DNA of 64,000 nt from Octopus vulgaris (Eukaryota): positions 101,556,001 through 101,620,000 of the forward strand of contig OX597820.1 of NCBI GenBank assembly GCA_951406725.2, in the 5' to 3' direction. The translations under genes were made by a program, and so were the position numbers. Positions 44,744-58,809 of the stretch are shown here, one piece after another (the stretch's first letter is position 1; the number at the start of each line of letters is the position of its first letter). The notes beneath the pieces were generated by a model. It searched no databases, was not told the origin of the DNA, and saw only the letters and a program-made list of their open reading frames with translations.

Positions 44744-44787
<44 letters not shown>

Positions 44788-44951
44788 TGAATTTGTCTGT
44801 ACAGAATGTCAAAGTGTAGAAAAAAAAACACATTTTGTTGTTCGTAGTGGTTATTTAGCTCAAGGGCAGGAAGTTTCCTATCGTCTCAAACTTATCTCTG
44901 TCATACGAGAATATTGACAAACTTATACGGACGTATGACATCATGTACACA

Positions 44952-44995
<44 letters not shown>

Positions 44996-45205
44996 CACAC
45001 ACACACACGCATACAACACATAGAACATACACACATACCTATTATTGCTCAAAAACTAGTTTTTTATTTTCGTATCTCCCCTGTATGTAGTTCCTCATCG
45101 CCTTCTCAACTTGTTGCGTGCACCAATTCAACTGACCTAGGACTTAACGCTAACTTTAATCAAACAATACCTCCTCTTACTTCACTCCTTTTCTCCTATT
45201 TTGTT
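44378..45205. repeat. Recent direct duplication of ~365 bp (44378-44745 and 44845-45205)
   Basis: tagtggtta..ttagctcaagggcaggaagtttcc ... cttttctcctattttgtt occurs twice, nearly identical apart from (CA)n length and a few substitutions/indels. Confidence 0.95.
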
Positions 45206-45583
45206 TTTCTTTTCCATTTTTGAATATGTTGCAATAAAACCACTTCTCTTTGTGTCGATACAAAACATTACATTTTTGGAGTTTGCTGCTTTTTACTCTT
45301 TGACTTGGATTTCTTTTCTATCCGTGATATTTTGGGATTTAACCATCAATGCGTATTTAAGCTGTATCTTTCATCATTTTTCTTATATCAGTCATTTGTC
45401 TTCTGCCATGCTGGGGCACCGCCTCGGAGAATTTTAGTCGAACGAATCGATTCCAATACTTTTTTATTTTTACTTTAAGTCTGACACTTATTCTAGCGGT
45501 CTCTTTGCCGAACGTAAACACACTAACACCGGTTGTCAGGCGACAACAGTCACAAACACGCGCAAGCACACATGCACACACGC

Positions 45584-45651
<68 letters not shown>

Positions 45652-48020
45652 ACACGACAAGATTCTTTCAATTTCTATCTACCAAATCCTCTGACAAGGC
45701 TTCGGTCGCCCCGAGGCTAAAGTAGAAGACACTTGCCCAAGGAGTTACACAGTGGGACTGAACCCGGAGCCATGTGGTTGAGAAGCAAGTTTCTTACCAC
45801 AAAATGACTTGTCTCTACTACATACAGACCATACTCTATACCACATAGAGGCCATCAAGTTGAAGTGAAAAAACTAGTGCGAACAGGAATCATAAATGGA
45901 TTAAGTCGGTACACATTCGGCCACATTGCAAAAATATTAAAGTTTGCCAAATCTACAGTGAGAACAACACAAAGTTAAAATTTGATCAAGTTCTCAAAGA
46001 GTTACTTCATTAAATATCTAAATGTTGATTTCTTTCATAGAGATGCGATGCTTAATTTAATATGGGACGAATCATTAGTGCGTGAAATGACGATCAAACT
46101 GAATGTAATACCAACAAACATGACGATCATTCTAGTGAAAGCTAAAAGTTGCTATGAGACGTTGGAATTTTTGATACCAAACGTTTCCTTACAAATGAAG
46201 GTTGGCTTGGAAAGTTTAAGAAGTGCCTTAATTTGTACTACATTATAAAAAGACTGGTGAAGCTGCCAGTACTGATACAGGGGCTGATATTAATCATCCT
46301 GAAAAGCTGAGATAATTATTGCTAGAGAAGTGCACAATGATGATGAAACTATAATTTTCTTGAACGGTAGATCCACTAAAACTTTGATTTCTACTTAAGA
46401 AAAATGAGTACCTTGCTTTGAAAACCTGCCAGTTTCGTCTGATGTTTCATATAAGAGATGCTTTTGTGCTGCTGATGATATGAATTTAAGTTTCCTACTT
46501 TTAAGTTTTCTACTTCTAAGAGCTTTTAAGGACCATGCCAAATTTAATCTGGTTGCGGTTTCGCGTTAAAATAAGATGTCTTGGAAGGATTTTCCATGAC
46601 AGGTTTACGTATTTGCCCTGCAGTAGAATACTATGAGTCGGGTTTCTAAAATAATACAGTTTCTTTTAGAAATTACTCCAAACCACCCTATGATCTTTCT
46701 GATAGTGTTGGAGTAGAATATAATCCGAAGAACAAATCTTAGTTCTAGCCTATGGATAATAGCGTGTTGCATGGCTTCAATGTATATTATCTGGGAATTT
46801 CCAAATCACTTATAAAAGCAATTGATTGGGAGGATAAACCTATAATTAGGGACTTCTGGAAAAAAGTTCATCTTTATGCATGTTGTGAATAACATAACTA
46901 TTAGATGCTTTTGAATGGCGCTTAGAAAAATATGATCGAACTGAATCCTTTCCTAAGACTGGTTTTACAACTTTTATTTGTCCTGCTATAAAAAATTCCA
47001 TGTCATTTGTAATATTTCCAGAAAAGCACTATTTCTTTCAGAAAATACACCAAATTATAGTGTAGAGTTTGAAGAAGTCAAAGATGGTGTGATTGAGTTG
47101 CTAAGGTTCAACAGAAAAAAATTGTCCTAAGAGGAGTGAGATGCAGGATAAGAAGAGGATATAAATGAATCATGTATCCCATTTCAGCAGACTGTAAAGG
47201 ATATATCTAAAATATTGTTAGTTGTAGACAAAGGCTTACAAGATTTTGTAGGCAATGATTCTAACAGCGAACGTAATATAAAACTTACAAAAATTGTTCA
47301 TAATGACCTTAGTTTTTCTACACAATGAGATGTGTGTCGTAAATGTCAGTAACGTTGGATAAGTTTTTTCCTTCTTGCAGCAGATGATGTCAATGTATAA
47401 TGCAGAAGATAGTATCGCTCTTCCTCCCATTAACCTCCTTTGCTCCACTACCGATCACACAACCGTCAACATCATTTGTAATGAGTATGGATTGTGCTAC
47501 CGAATTACTCTATTGTTATTTATTCCCTTACATATTTCCCTTCAAATAATTTTTACGTATACACACATCTCTATTTGTGTCTAAATGTAGCTATTTTTCA
47601 GCGTAAAAGATATATTACCTGGAAGTTATAAAAATCCGTTGGAAGGCATTTTAGTTTTTAGCGTGGAAAAAACTATGGTTCTAGGTGTGGAATTTCGTTA
47701 CGGCAAGTTTTTTAAGAACAGGGTATTTCTATACAGCAATTATACCGTTGTATGTCCGTTGTGTGTTTGATTTAGCCATTTCATTACACATGAAAATGGT
47801 CATAATCTCTTTCTGCTTATTATTTAATATTACTGCTGCTTCTTCAAAAAGTTTCATTTCAATTCTACAACTTGGTAACTGAGTGGACTGGAGCAACGTG
47901 AAATGAAGTGTTTTGCTCAAGAACACAACGCGTCGCCCGGTCCAGGAATCGAAACCACAATCTTACGATCATGATGCTGACACCCTAACTACTAAGCCAC
48001 GCGCCTACACACACACACAA

Positions 48021-48142
<122 letters not shown>

Positions 48143-48323
48143 ATATATATATAACATAAGGGACTAAAGCCATCTGAATATGGCTAGGGACAGGGCAGGG
48201 TGGTGGGGGTGTTACTGTTGCATTTAGCCCCAGGCGAACATCAACGTCGCCAGATAGGCTTGACACCATCACGGCGTCCTTTATCCTGCAAAGGGAGATA
48301 ATTCCCCGATGAAGCGGAAACCA

Positions 48324-48369
48324 CACACGGACCCAGGTTTCAAGGTGTATTGCCTATCATCAACGTGTG
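48324..48369 (-). ncRNA. Minimal type I hammerhead ribozyme-like motif in the inverted unit
   Basis: Reverse complement of the 48566-48611 motif. Confidence 0.7.
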
Positions 48370-48565
48370 GTAGGCCCCCGCTCCCTCGACGAACAACTCA
48401 CTCTGCAGGATATTTATGTTATGGAGCAGTTACTGTCTATATCTCATTTAGAGAATTATTATTGCTGTCGAACAGATTTTCGAAATCAGCAAATGTATTT
48501 TGCTTGAAAATCTATATATAAATATCCTGCAGAGTGAGTTGTTCGTCGAGGGAGCGGGGGCCTAC

Positions 48566-48611
48566 CACACGTTGATGATAGGCAATACACCTTGAAACCT
48601 GGGTCCGTGTG
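48566..48611 (+). ncRNA. Minimal type I hammerhead ribozyme-like motif, copy 1
   Basis: CACACG-TTGATGA-t AGG caataca CCT t-GAAA-CC tg GG-TC-CGTGTG: perfect 6-bp stem I, 3-bp stem II, tiny stem III, GUC cleavage triplet. C3 is replaced by U. Confidence 0.7.
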
Positions 48612-48927
48612 TGGTTTCCGCTTCATCGGGGAATTATCTCCCTTTGCAGGATAAAGGACGCCGTGATGGTGTCAAGCCTACCTGGCGACGTTGATGTTCG
48701 CCTGGGGCTAAATGCAACAGTAACACCCCCACCACCCTGCCCTGTCCCTAGCCATATTCAGATGGCTTTAGTCCCTTATCTTATGGAGCAGTTACTGTCT
48801 ATATCTCATTTAGAGAATTATTATTGCTGTCGAACAGATTTTCGAAATCAGCAAATGTATTTTGCTTGAAAATCTATATATAAATATCCTGCAGAGTGAG
48901 TTGTTCGTCGAGGGAGCGGGGGCCTAC

Positions 48928-48973
48928 CACACGTTGATGATAGGCAATACACCTTGAAACCTGGGTCCGTGTG
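48928..48973 (+). ncRNA. Minimal type I hammerhead ribozyme-like motif, copy 2
   Basis: Identical to copy 1, 362 nt downstream. Confidence 0.7.
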
Positions 48974-49289
48974 TGGTTTCCGCTTCATCGGGGAATTATC
49001 TCCCTTTGCAGGATAAAGGACGCCGTGATGGTGTCAAGCCTACCTGGCGACGTTGATGTTCGCCTGGGGCTAAATGCAACAGTAACACCCCAACCACCCT
49101 GCCCTGTCCCTAGCCATATTCAGATGGCTTTAGTCCCTTATCTTATGGAGCAGTTACTGTCTATATCTCATTTAGAGAATTATTATTGCTGTCGAACAGA
49201 TTTTCGAAATCAGCAAATGTATTTTGCTTGAAAATCTATATATAAATATCCTGCAGAGTGAGTTGTTCGTCGAGGGAGCGGGGGCCTAC

Positions 49290-49335
49290 CACACGTTGAT
49301 GATAGGCAATACACCTTGAAACCTGGGTCCGTGTG
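49290..49335 (+). ncRNA. Minimal type I hammerhead ribozyme-like motif, copy 3
   Basis: Identical to copy 1, 724 nt downstream. Confidence 0.7.
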
Positions 49336-49551
49336 TGGTTTCCGCTTCATCGGGGAATTATCTCCCTTTGCAGGATAAAGGACGCCGTGATGGTGTCAAG
49401 CCTATCTGGCGACGTTGTTGTTCGCCTGGGGCTAAATGCAACAGTAACACCCCCACCACCCTGCCCTGTCCCTAGCCATATTCAGATGGCTTTAGTCCCT
49501 TATCTTATGGAGCAGTTACTGTCTATATCTCATTTAGAGAATTATTATTGC

Positions 49552-49585
<34 letters not shown>

Positions 49586-49844
49586 CATACACACACACAT
49601 GTATGCCGTTGGCGATTTCCTCTTCTTTGAACTTTTGCCTTTTTCCCTTCCGTCAAAGAACTATGCTCGAAACGTTAAACTCTCTCCTTTCACCGAGCGT
49701 GCAGCTAATACACTTCTTGTGCACTTCCACGCGTTCATTGTTCTTTTTTTTTCGTTTTTATTCGTTTATTTGAATTGTTTGTATATTTGAATTGACTATA
49801 TGTGTATGTGAGTGTGCGTGTGTGCATGTGCGTGTGTGTGTGTG

Positions 49845-51055
49845 CGAGGAGTATCAAAAAGTTCCCCGACTAAGCGGATAGTGTAACCTCTCGAAAGAGC
49901 TGTTCTTCACTCTTGCTCCAGAGCGTAGGCTGCGGGGTCACTCCGAAAAGCTCTATCTGCGACGATTTCATCTCAATTGAAGGAGAGGGGCTTTCTTCGT
50001 CCGGGTTGCGGATCCGTGGAATAAGCTGCCGGACGAGATAGTGAAGATGCCGACGACCGCTCGATTCAAAGTCTCTCTTGACCAGAAATGGCCTGAACTC
50101 TTTGCATGAACACCCCTGTACATAATTCCATGTCCCCCTACATGGCCCTTGCTTTTTGCTTTTTAAGCCAAAAAATTAACTTAACTTAATACTGTGGCGC
50201 GCCAACAGATAACAGCGAACGGTTGAGTGTAGCAGTGACCTTCATGAGGCAGTGTACCGAGTGATATCGCTGTATTTATTTTTCAAGCTGTGAAATTTGT
50301 ATTTTTGTGATCACGTGTATGCTGTAGTCTGCGATTTTTGTCATGGAACAAAGAGCCAACGTGAAATTTTGCGTTAAACTTGGTGAGTCTGCTACAGAGA
50401 CATCGAACATGCTTCGGCAAGCTTACAGCGATGGGGAAATGGGTCGTACACAATGTTTCGAGTGGCACGGGTGCTTCAAAAGCGGAAGGAAGATGAAGAG
50501 CAATCTGAAAACCCTGCCACGAGCATCACCCCCGCAAATGTGGAGAAATTTCACCAGCTTATCCATATGGATCGACGGAGGACAGTCAACGACATTACTG
50601 ATATTGTTGGTCCGTGCAGGCAGTCCTAATGTCTGATCTGAACATGTCGCATGTCTCTGCCAGCTTTGTCCCCCGGCAGCGGACCACTGAGCAGAACGAA
50701 CACCGCTTTGAGTTCTATCAAGATCTCTGTCAGCGTGCTGCTGATGACGCATCCTTCATATCGAGGATCATCACCGGTGACGAATTGGGCCGACGTGTTC
50801 GACCCTGAGACGAAGCAGCAGTCGTCACAATGGAAGAGGTCTTCTTCACCACGACCGAGCAAGGAACGACAGAACTCCAGCTCAATCAAGAGCATGCTCA
50901 TCGTTTTTTGTTCGACATCTGCGTTGTTGTGCATAGAGAATTCGTCCCCCAGAACCAGACAGTCAATCGAGAGTTCTGCTGCGAAGTTTTGAAGCGTCTG
51001 AGGCAGGACATTCGGCGAAAGCGACCGGATCTGTGGAGCGGGAAAAATTGGATTT
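49845..51055 (+). mobile_element. 3'-truncated mariner element interrupted by a LINE fragment
   Basis: TIR-like cgaggagtatcaaaaagtt at 49845; MEQRANVKFCVKLG..., IITGDE, DPETKQQSSQW, HREFVPQNQTVN, RRKRPDLW in shifting frames. Confidence 0.85.
49887..50190 (+). mobile_element. CR1/L2-group LINE 3' fragment nested in the mariner
   Basis: LRGHSEKLYLRRFHLN*RRGAFFVRVADPWNKLPDEIVKMPTTARFKVSLD (typical CR1-group ORF2 C-terminus); short ttaac repeat tail. Confidence 0.8.
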
Positions 51056-51328
51056 TATATATGAGATTGCGAATACACATAGCAAGTAACATAGCTAAAA
51101 ATGATGATAGTAATTAATATAATGATGATGATAATGGTGATGATAACGATGATGTCGAAGTTGACGGTGATTGGGACGAGGAAGATGCTGCTGCTGCTGC
51201 TGCTGCTACTGATACTGATGATGATGCTTATGAACATGATGATGATGAGGAGGAGAAAAGGACAACATCAACAACATGACAACGACGATGATGATATTGA
51301 GGATGACGATTACAATGAATCGTGATGG

Positions 51329-51366
<38 letters not shown>

Positions 51367-51954
51367 GTCTATAAAGTTGAGACAATTTTATATTTTATTT
51401 GTTTCATCATCATCATCATGGTCGTCGTCGTCGTCATCATCATCATGGTCGTCGTCGTCGTCATCATCATCATCTTAGTTATTGTTGCTGTTGTTATTAT
51501 TATTATTATTACTATTATTATTAATTTGTTTTCGTGCTGGACAAACAACTATATATAGGTGATATCGAGTGCCTGTCTTAGGCTGCAATCGCTTCATTAC
51601 ATCACCTGCTCTCTTCGACCAACTGTTACTCCAATCCTTTTGTAATCCTACAAGTTAGCGTCATTGCTTTGTTCTCAACGTAAAATGTAATTGGATATTT
51701 CCTCATTGATTTAAATGTTCTAAACCAATATTGGACTATAGCTTGTTTTTCCGATCATGAATGCATCTACATCCTTCTCCTTTGACACTTGATAGCTACT
51801 CTTTAGGATCCATAGAAGACATAAAACATCTATAAAGCTGACAATGAATGCTTGGTTTATATGCACAACTACTGTCATTCATAAAACAATACCTACCTCT
51901 GTTCTTATCTAGATTGTTTGCTTCATTCAATGCCTAGGTAGCCGCTCTGACATA

Positions 51955-52170
51955 CGAGGTGTTGCTGAAAAGTTCCTCGCTTTGGGTAAAAGAAAACACA
52001 GGAGGATCAGCTAATTATGATTTTATTCAATACATTCCCCTCTCATATTCATACACTTACTGTAACTGTCCTTCAGTTTTTCTAAGCTCTAAAAAAAATT
52101 TAGGAAGTTTGGGCCTCCAACCAAGCCTTTCATGATACCCTTAAAGCCAGAAACTTTTCAGAACCCCTCG
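51955..52170. mobile_element. Mariner-type MITE (216 bp)
   Basis: TA|cgaggtgttgctgaaaagtt ... aacttttcagaacccctcg|TA imperfect TIRs. Confidence 0.8.
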
Positions 52171-52899
52171 TATTAGTAACCATTGAGTTAAAATCTCTGA
52201 AGCGTTTTCATAATAATTTACAAGTAAAATAATGAATTAATTTATATTTATTTATTGGAATTTTATTTAGCATCTTCATTTGACCATACACATAAACAGG
52301 GTCGGTTTTAGCCAATCCAACTGATTTGTTCAAATTGGGTACCGCGCCAAGAGGGGGCCTCGCGTACACGCTCGGGCGGAGGACGCTATGATGAAATTTT
52401 TGTATATCATTGTGGCTAAGGGTGGAGCATCAAGCCCTCAAAGCTGTTTGGTTGGGACTGGCGTACTACACGAAGCATAAAACATCAATATTCAGCTTTT
52501 GTCGAATGGAAGGCCCCACTGACAGTTCTCTTATTGGGTCCCGTACTTCCCAGCTCCAGCTTTGAACATAAGGAGCGACGGATTTCTCGAAACACGGAAG
52601 TAGTTACACGAAACGAAACATAACTGAAAGGTGTTCTATCGAGTGCGTAGCAAAATAGTTTCTTTTAGATATTAGTGACTGGAAAATATATTAGTTTGTT
52701 TTCAGTCTTTAACTTTTAGATAAATATGTGGCTGAATATCCTTTCCAGCTGCGTAACAAAACAGGAAGTGTGTTGCATATAATACGGAGCCTCACTTCCT
52801 GTTTCCTACTTACTTATGTTATATACACTCAATGCCAAAATTTTCATATAACAAACAGATTCTTTGTTTTGTTTTTTTTTTCTGCTGAGCAATCCCTAA

Positions 52900-54288
52900 C
52901 ATTCCTTTCTACTCAAGGAACAAATCCTGAGATTTTGGGGGAGGAGTCTAGTCAATTACATCAGCCTCAGTGCTCAACTGGTACTTATCTTTCCGGCCCC
53001 GAAAGGATGAATCCAAAGTCGGAATTTGGACAAATCCTCGGAGGAATTTGAACTCAGAACGGAAAGTTATAAGAAATACCGCTAAACATTTTATCCGAGG
53101 CAATTATGATTCTATCAGCTCGCCGTCTTCGAGCCATTCATAGTATTGGTTTCAAATTTTGGTACAAGGCCAGCAAGTTCGAGGGAGGGGGTTAATCGAT
53201 TACATCGCCCCAGTGCTCATCTTGTACATATTTTACCATCCCCGAAAGGATGAAAGGCAAAGTCGATTTCGGCGGAATTTGAACTCAGAACGTAAAGACG
53301 GACTAAATATCACTAAAGATTTTACCCGGCGTACTAACGATTCTGCTAGCTCACCGCCTTTGAGCAATTTATATTCTTTTCTATTCTAGGCACAAGGCCG
53401 AAATTTTGGGGGAGGGGGCAAGCCGATTAGATCGACCCCAGTACGCGACTTGTACACAATATATCGACCCCGAAAGGATGAAAGGTAAAGTCGACCTTGG
53501 CGGAATTTGAACTCAGAACGTAACGGCAGGAGAAATACCGCTAAGCATTTCGCCCGGGTTGCTAACATTTCTGCCATCTCGCCGCCTTGAGTGATTGATA
53601 ATACTCTTTTCTACAAAAGGCCCAAAATAATTTTGTGAGAGGGAACCAGTCGATTAGATCGACCCTAGTACGCAACTGGTACCTAATTTATCGACCCCAA
53701 AAGGATGAAAGCCAAAGTTGATCTCGGCGGAATTTGAACTCAGAACGTAACGGCAGACGAAATACCTATTTCTTGACTGCCCACAAGGGGCTACACACAG
53801 AGGGGACAAACAAGGACAGACAAACGGATTAAGTCGATTATATCGACCTCAGTGCGTAACTGGTACTTATTTGATCGACCCCGAAAGGATGAAAAGCAAA
53901 GTTGACCTCGGCGGAATTTGAACTCAGAACGTAACGGCAGACGAAATACCGCTAAGCATTTCGCCCGGCGTGCTAACGCTTCAGCCAGCTCACCGCCTGA
54001 GCAATTCATATTTATTTCTTTAATGCCCACAGAGGGATAAACACAGAGGGGGCAAACAAGGACAGATAAAGGGATTAAATCGATTTCATCGACTCCAGTG
54101 CGTAACTGGTACTTATTTAATCGATCACCGAAAGGATGAAAGGCAAAGTCAACCTCGGCAGAATTTGAACTCAGAACGTAGCGGCAAACGAAATACCTAT
54201 TTCTTTATTACCCACAAGGGGCTAAACACAGAGAGGACAAACAAGGACAGACAAACGGATTAAGTCGATTATACCGACCCCAGTGCTT
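52900..54288 (-). mobile_element. Same-orientation array of ~6-7 SINE family A copies
   Basis: Core motif recurs about every 180-280 bp, all on the minus strand, with copies of different divergence. Confidence 0.9.
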
Positions 54289-54291
54289 TTA

Positions 54292-54868
54292 TCTGTATAT
54301 ATAAAACTGAGAATGTGTGTCTGTCTGTCTGTGTGATTCCCTAAAACTTTAGAACTACACAACCAATTTCATTCAAATTTTACACATGCCTTACTTAGAG
54401 TCCATCTAGTGTCATGGGTAAAAAATTTCTAACTTCTTGCCTAGGGCGAGCCCACAGCAGTATCATATCTTCTCCACTATTTCAGTATTACGGGTTAAAA
54501 GTGAAACAAATATATCTCTCTATTGTAATGTCAGATACTTTCACTTTAATACTGAAACTATTAAAGTCAAACTATTATATAAGAGGGATGAACCATTAAC
54601 AGTGAACATCCATTTTGCTAGAAGAAGATCCGCTATGGTCTTATATGCAACACCACTGGTTTTCAATTCATATTAATCAAATTAATATTCAATTTCTCTC
54701 CCTTATTATTTTAAATTTAAATTTAAACCCAGGACCATGTATTTTGGAACGAAGTTTGTTACCACACAGCTACACCTGCACCTATGTATGTGTGTGTGTG
54801 TGTATAGCTGTATATGTATACATTTATTTCTATACATATAGATGTATATGTATACATGTATATGTGTA

Positions 54869-54912
<44 letters not shown>

Positions 54913-55542
54913 TGTACATGTAATATGTACACATATATTCACATATATACATGCATACATATATACACCCATACACACATGCACACTCACACACACACAA
55001 ATACATAGGTGCAGGTGCGGCTGTGTGGTAACAAACTTCGTTCCAAAACACATGGTCCTGGGATCAGTCCCACTCTGTGGTGACTTGGCATGTGTCTTCT
55101 GCTATAGCCTCAGACCAACGAAAACCTTGTCAGTGGATTTTGTAGACAGAAACTGAAAGAAATCAATCGTATATATATGTATGTATATATGTCAGTCTGT
55201 GTGTGTGTGTGTCCTTGTGTTTCTCCCTCATCACTGCCTCACAAACGGTGTTCGTTTATTTACATCCCCATAACTTACTGGTTTCACAAGAAGAAACTGA
55301 TAGAATAAGTACCAGGCTTATCAAAATAAAAAAAACCCACTAGGCAGTATCTCATATTTTTGTTTGCTCACACAATTTTTCGTTGTGTTTGAGTGTTTGT
55401 ATACATGCATACATACACACATACATACATGCATACATACATACATACATACATACATACATACATACATACATACATACATAAATACATATATATATAT
55501 AAATATATGGATTTCGTAGACAGAAACTTAAAGAAATCAATC

Positions 55543-55607
<65 letters not shown>

Positions 55608-55873
55608 TGTATGTATGTATGTATTTAAGTGTATGTGTGTGACTTTCACCCTCGTCACTGCTTCACAACTACTGTTCGCTTATTTACATCTCCCATAACT
55701 TACTGGTTTCACAAGAAGAAACTAATAGAATAAGTACCAAGCTTATCAACATAAAAAAGCACTACGCTGGGTCTCATATTTTTCTTTGCCCACTCAGTTG
55801 TATCTATCAATTTTCAATTTATCTTTGTGTGTGTATATATATATATAATACACACACACACGCACACACGCAC

Positions 55874-55966
<93 letters not shown>

Positions 55967-57683
55967 TATATATATATACATGTATGTATATGTGTACATT
56001 CGTATTTATTATATCAAAGACAATGTCTTTATGTGTTCGTGTATTACTTATACATTCGAAAACTGCTGCACCGATCATAATGAAATTTGGAACACAAAAT
56101 CGAAGCCTAGGGAGAAGGATAATGCTGTGTGTTTCATACAATTTCATGGACCAAAATTACTGAATGGATCCTTATGATATTTGAAACTTAGATTCAATGC
56201 ATAAGGGTGGGTATAATGCAATATGTTTGGTTTGAATTTCAGAAGGCTTAAAGGTGGCAGAACCCCCCATGAAAATTCATAAATTTTCGATGTTGATGAA
56301 ATTTCAACCATGGGTAATTGACACACATCAAGAAGTATTCTCAAAGTTTCCACTTCCCATGAGGATTCTAAGACACCCTAATGGGGGCCTTAACTCCCAA
56401 ATTTTAGTCATTTCTTTTATGATTCAGTCAAAAGTACTGAATGGATCTTTACAGAATTTGGAAATTATATTCTATGCATAAGGGAAATAACCCCCATGAC
56501 AATTCATATATTTTTGCTATTGATGAAATTTTAACCATAGATATTAGATACAAATTAAGTAATATTTATAAAATTTTGTCTTCTTACAAGCTAGAAAGAC
56601 CCCTTCATGAGGACTTAACACCTACAATTTTGTCATTTTATCTAAGCAAAGACGAATACAGTTGTGCTCTTGGAAGCTGTAGGGTTACCCGAGCATAAAA
56701 GTTGAGCATTATTTGTAATTCAATGGTACAACAGTGTAAGAGTTTGCTTTGGCATACACTTAGATTGTGATTTCTGTAATGTGCTGCACAAATTGTGAAG
56801 TAAATGAGAGGCATCTTTGCCTCCACCGATTCAGTTGTAAAGTGTTGAGTAAAGTTATTTGATTGCAGATTTCCTTTCAGTCTTCTTATTATCACTGGGT
56901 CACACATAGTCCCCAGATGGTAATATTGATTTCAAGGCCTTCCCAGATGAATGACTGGTTATTCGAAGACATTTATAGATTGTAAATTTATTCTGTCCAG
57001 TTACGTATCAGTGTAGTGGTCATTTGCAAACTCCAGAGGTGACACTTTCATTTCTCCTTAGCCCTCACGTCACACAGTTGTTAATGTTTATTTCAGTTGG
57101 GTCACGCCCTTCCAATTGCTATAGATGCGTAATGCATCTTACGGCTGTGCTTGTCACCTGCATGGTGAGGAATACTACATTGGGTGTGATAATGACTAGG
57201 GTACTGTAGCTGACTGCTTATTGTGATCATTCGTCTTTTGGTTTCCTGTGGCTTTGCTCTCTTTTACAAACCCAGTGAACATATATTTCCCATTTCAAAG
57301 AAATTCAAACAATAGATATAAGACCCAAGTTAAAAAGATTCTCAACAATTCAACTTCTCTTGTTGACATTAAGATACCCACCCCCAATAGGGGCGTTAAC
57401 TCTCACATTTTAGAGCTCCATGACTGACATTTTTCAGGAGCAAAATCCTTTTAACAGGTTCTATAAGACTGGAATTTTAGAACATGCGCATAAAAATCAG
57501 TAGTATGGGATGCATATGGCACGATTACAATTTTGTTTGGGTGTGTAAAGAGGGAAATAACCCTCATCTGCAATTTTGATAAATTTCGAAACATAGGTAT
57601 TCCAGTTCATTACAGAAAATATAACAGAAAAGCCTAATTCTTCAATTGTATGTAACTCGGGCAACGCCGGGTAACTCTGCTAG
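54292..57683 (+). mobile_element. Non-autonomous Helitron region (one element with nested insertions, or two adjacent elements)
   Basis: A|TCtgtatatataaaact...gtgtgtctgtctg 5'-type start at 54292; a second 5'-like stretch near 56005; 3' end ctcgggcaacgccgggtaactctgCTAG|T at 57656-57684 (GC-rich subterminal hairpin, CTAG, A/T target). Confidence 0.65.
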
Positions 57684-57942
57684 TATATGTATAAAAGAAA
57701 GGATTGTTCTCAAAAAAATTTAGCAAACGCCAGAACGTTTGCTAAATTTTCTTGAGAACAATCCTTTCTTAGGGGCAAGACCATAGGGGGTCTACTTCTA
57801 GCATAATGGATGTCCACTTAATCGTCATCCCTCTTACATATATGTAATATAATCTTTCTGAATCTTCAGATTTTCAACATGCTAGACCACTGGTTTTAAA
57901 TTGGTATTAATCTAATATTCAATTTTTCACCCTTATTATTTT

Positions 57943-58522
<580 letters not shown>

Positions 58523-58544
58523 CGAGCGAGAGAGAGAGAGAGAA

Positions 58545-58595
<51 letters not shown>

Positions 58596-58771
58596 TGTGT
58601 TAGGTTTATTTTTATTTTTTGAAAGAACAAAAGAATATTTCCACATTGACTGCCAACTTCACACTTAACTTTTTCAAATGAATAACTGTAGATTCATCTA
58701 CATTATACATTCTTTGGATTTTAAAACCACAATGTATTCTGTATACCAATATATTGTATGTATGTATGCAC

Positions 58772-58806
<35 letters not shown>

Positions 58807-58809
<3 letters not shown>

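Larger units (their letters stand above)
48152..49553. mobile_element. (TA)n-flanked 362-bp tandem array (~3.1 units) preceded by an inverted partial unit; Penelope-like pseudo-LTR / non-LTR retrozyme candidate
   Basis: Direct units recur with period 362 (e.g. 48566, 48928, 49290); 48152-48416 is the reverse complement of part of the unit; (TA)n on both sides; a hammerhead fold in each unit. Confidence 0.75.

Noticed and set aside
48609-49773. Repeated 86-aa ORF (MWFPLHRG...) and the repeated 66-aa ORF at 58993-60147
   Set aside because: Recurrence follows from the DNA tandem duplication; no recognisable domain, and the first starts at GTG.
56640-57210. Possible Helitron Rep/helicase or captured gene fragment
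   Set aside because: Only vague peptide resemblance across stops; no diagnostic motif recognised.
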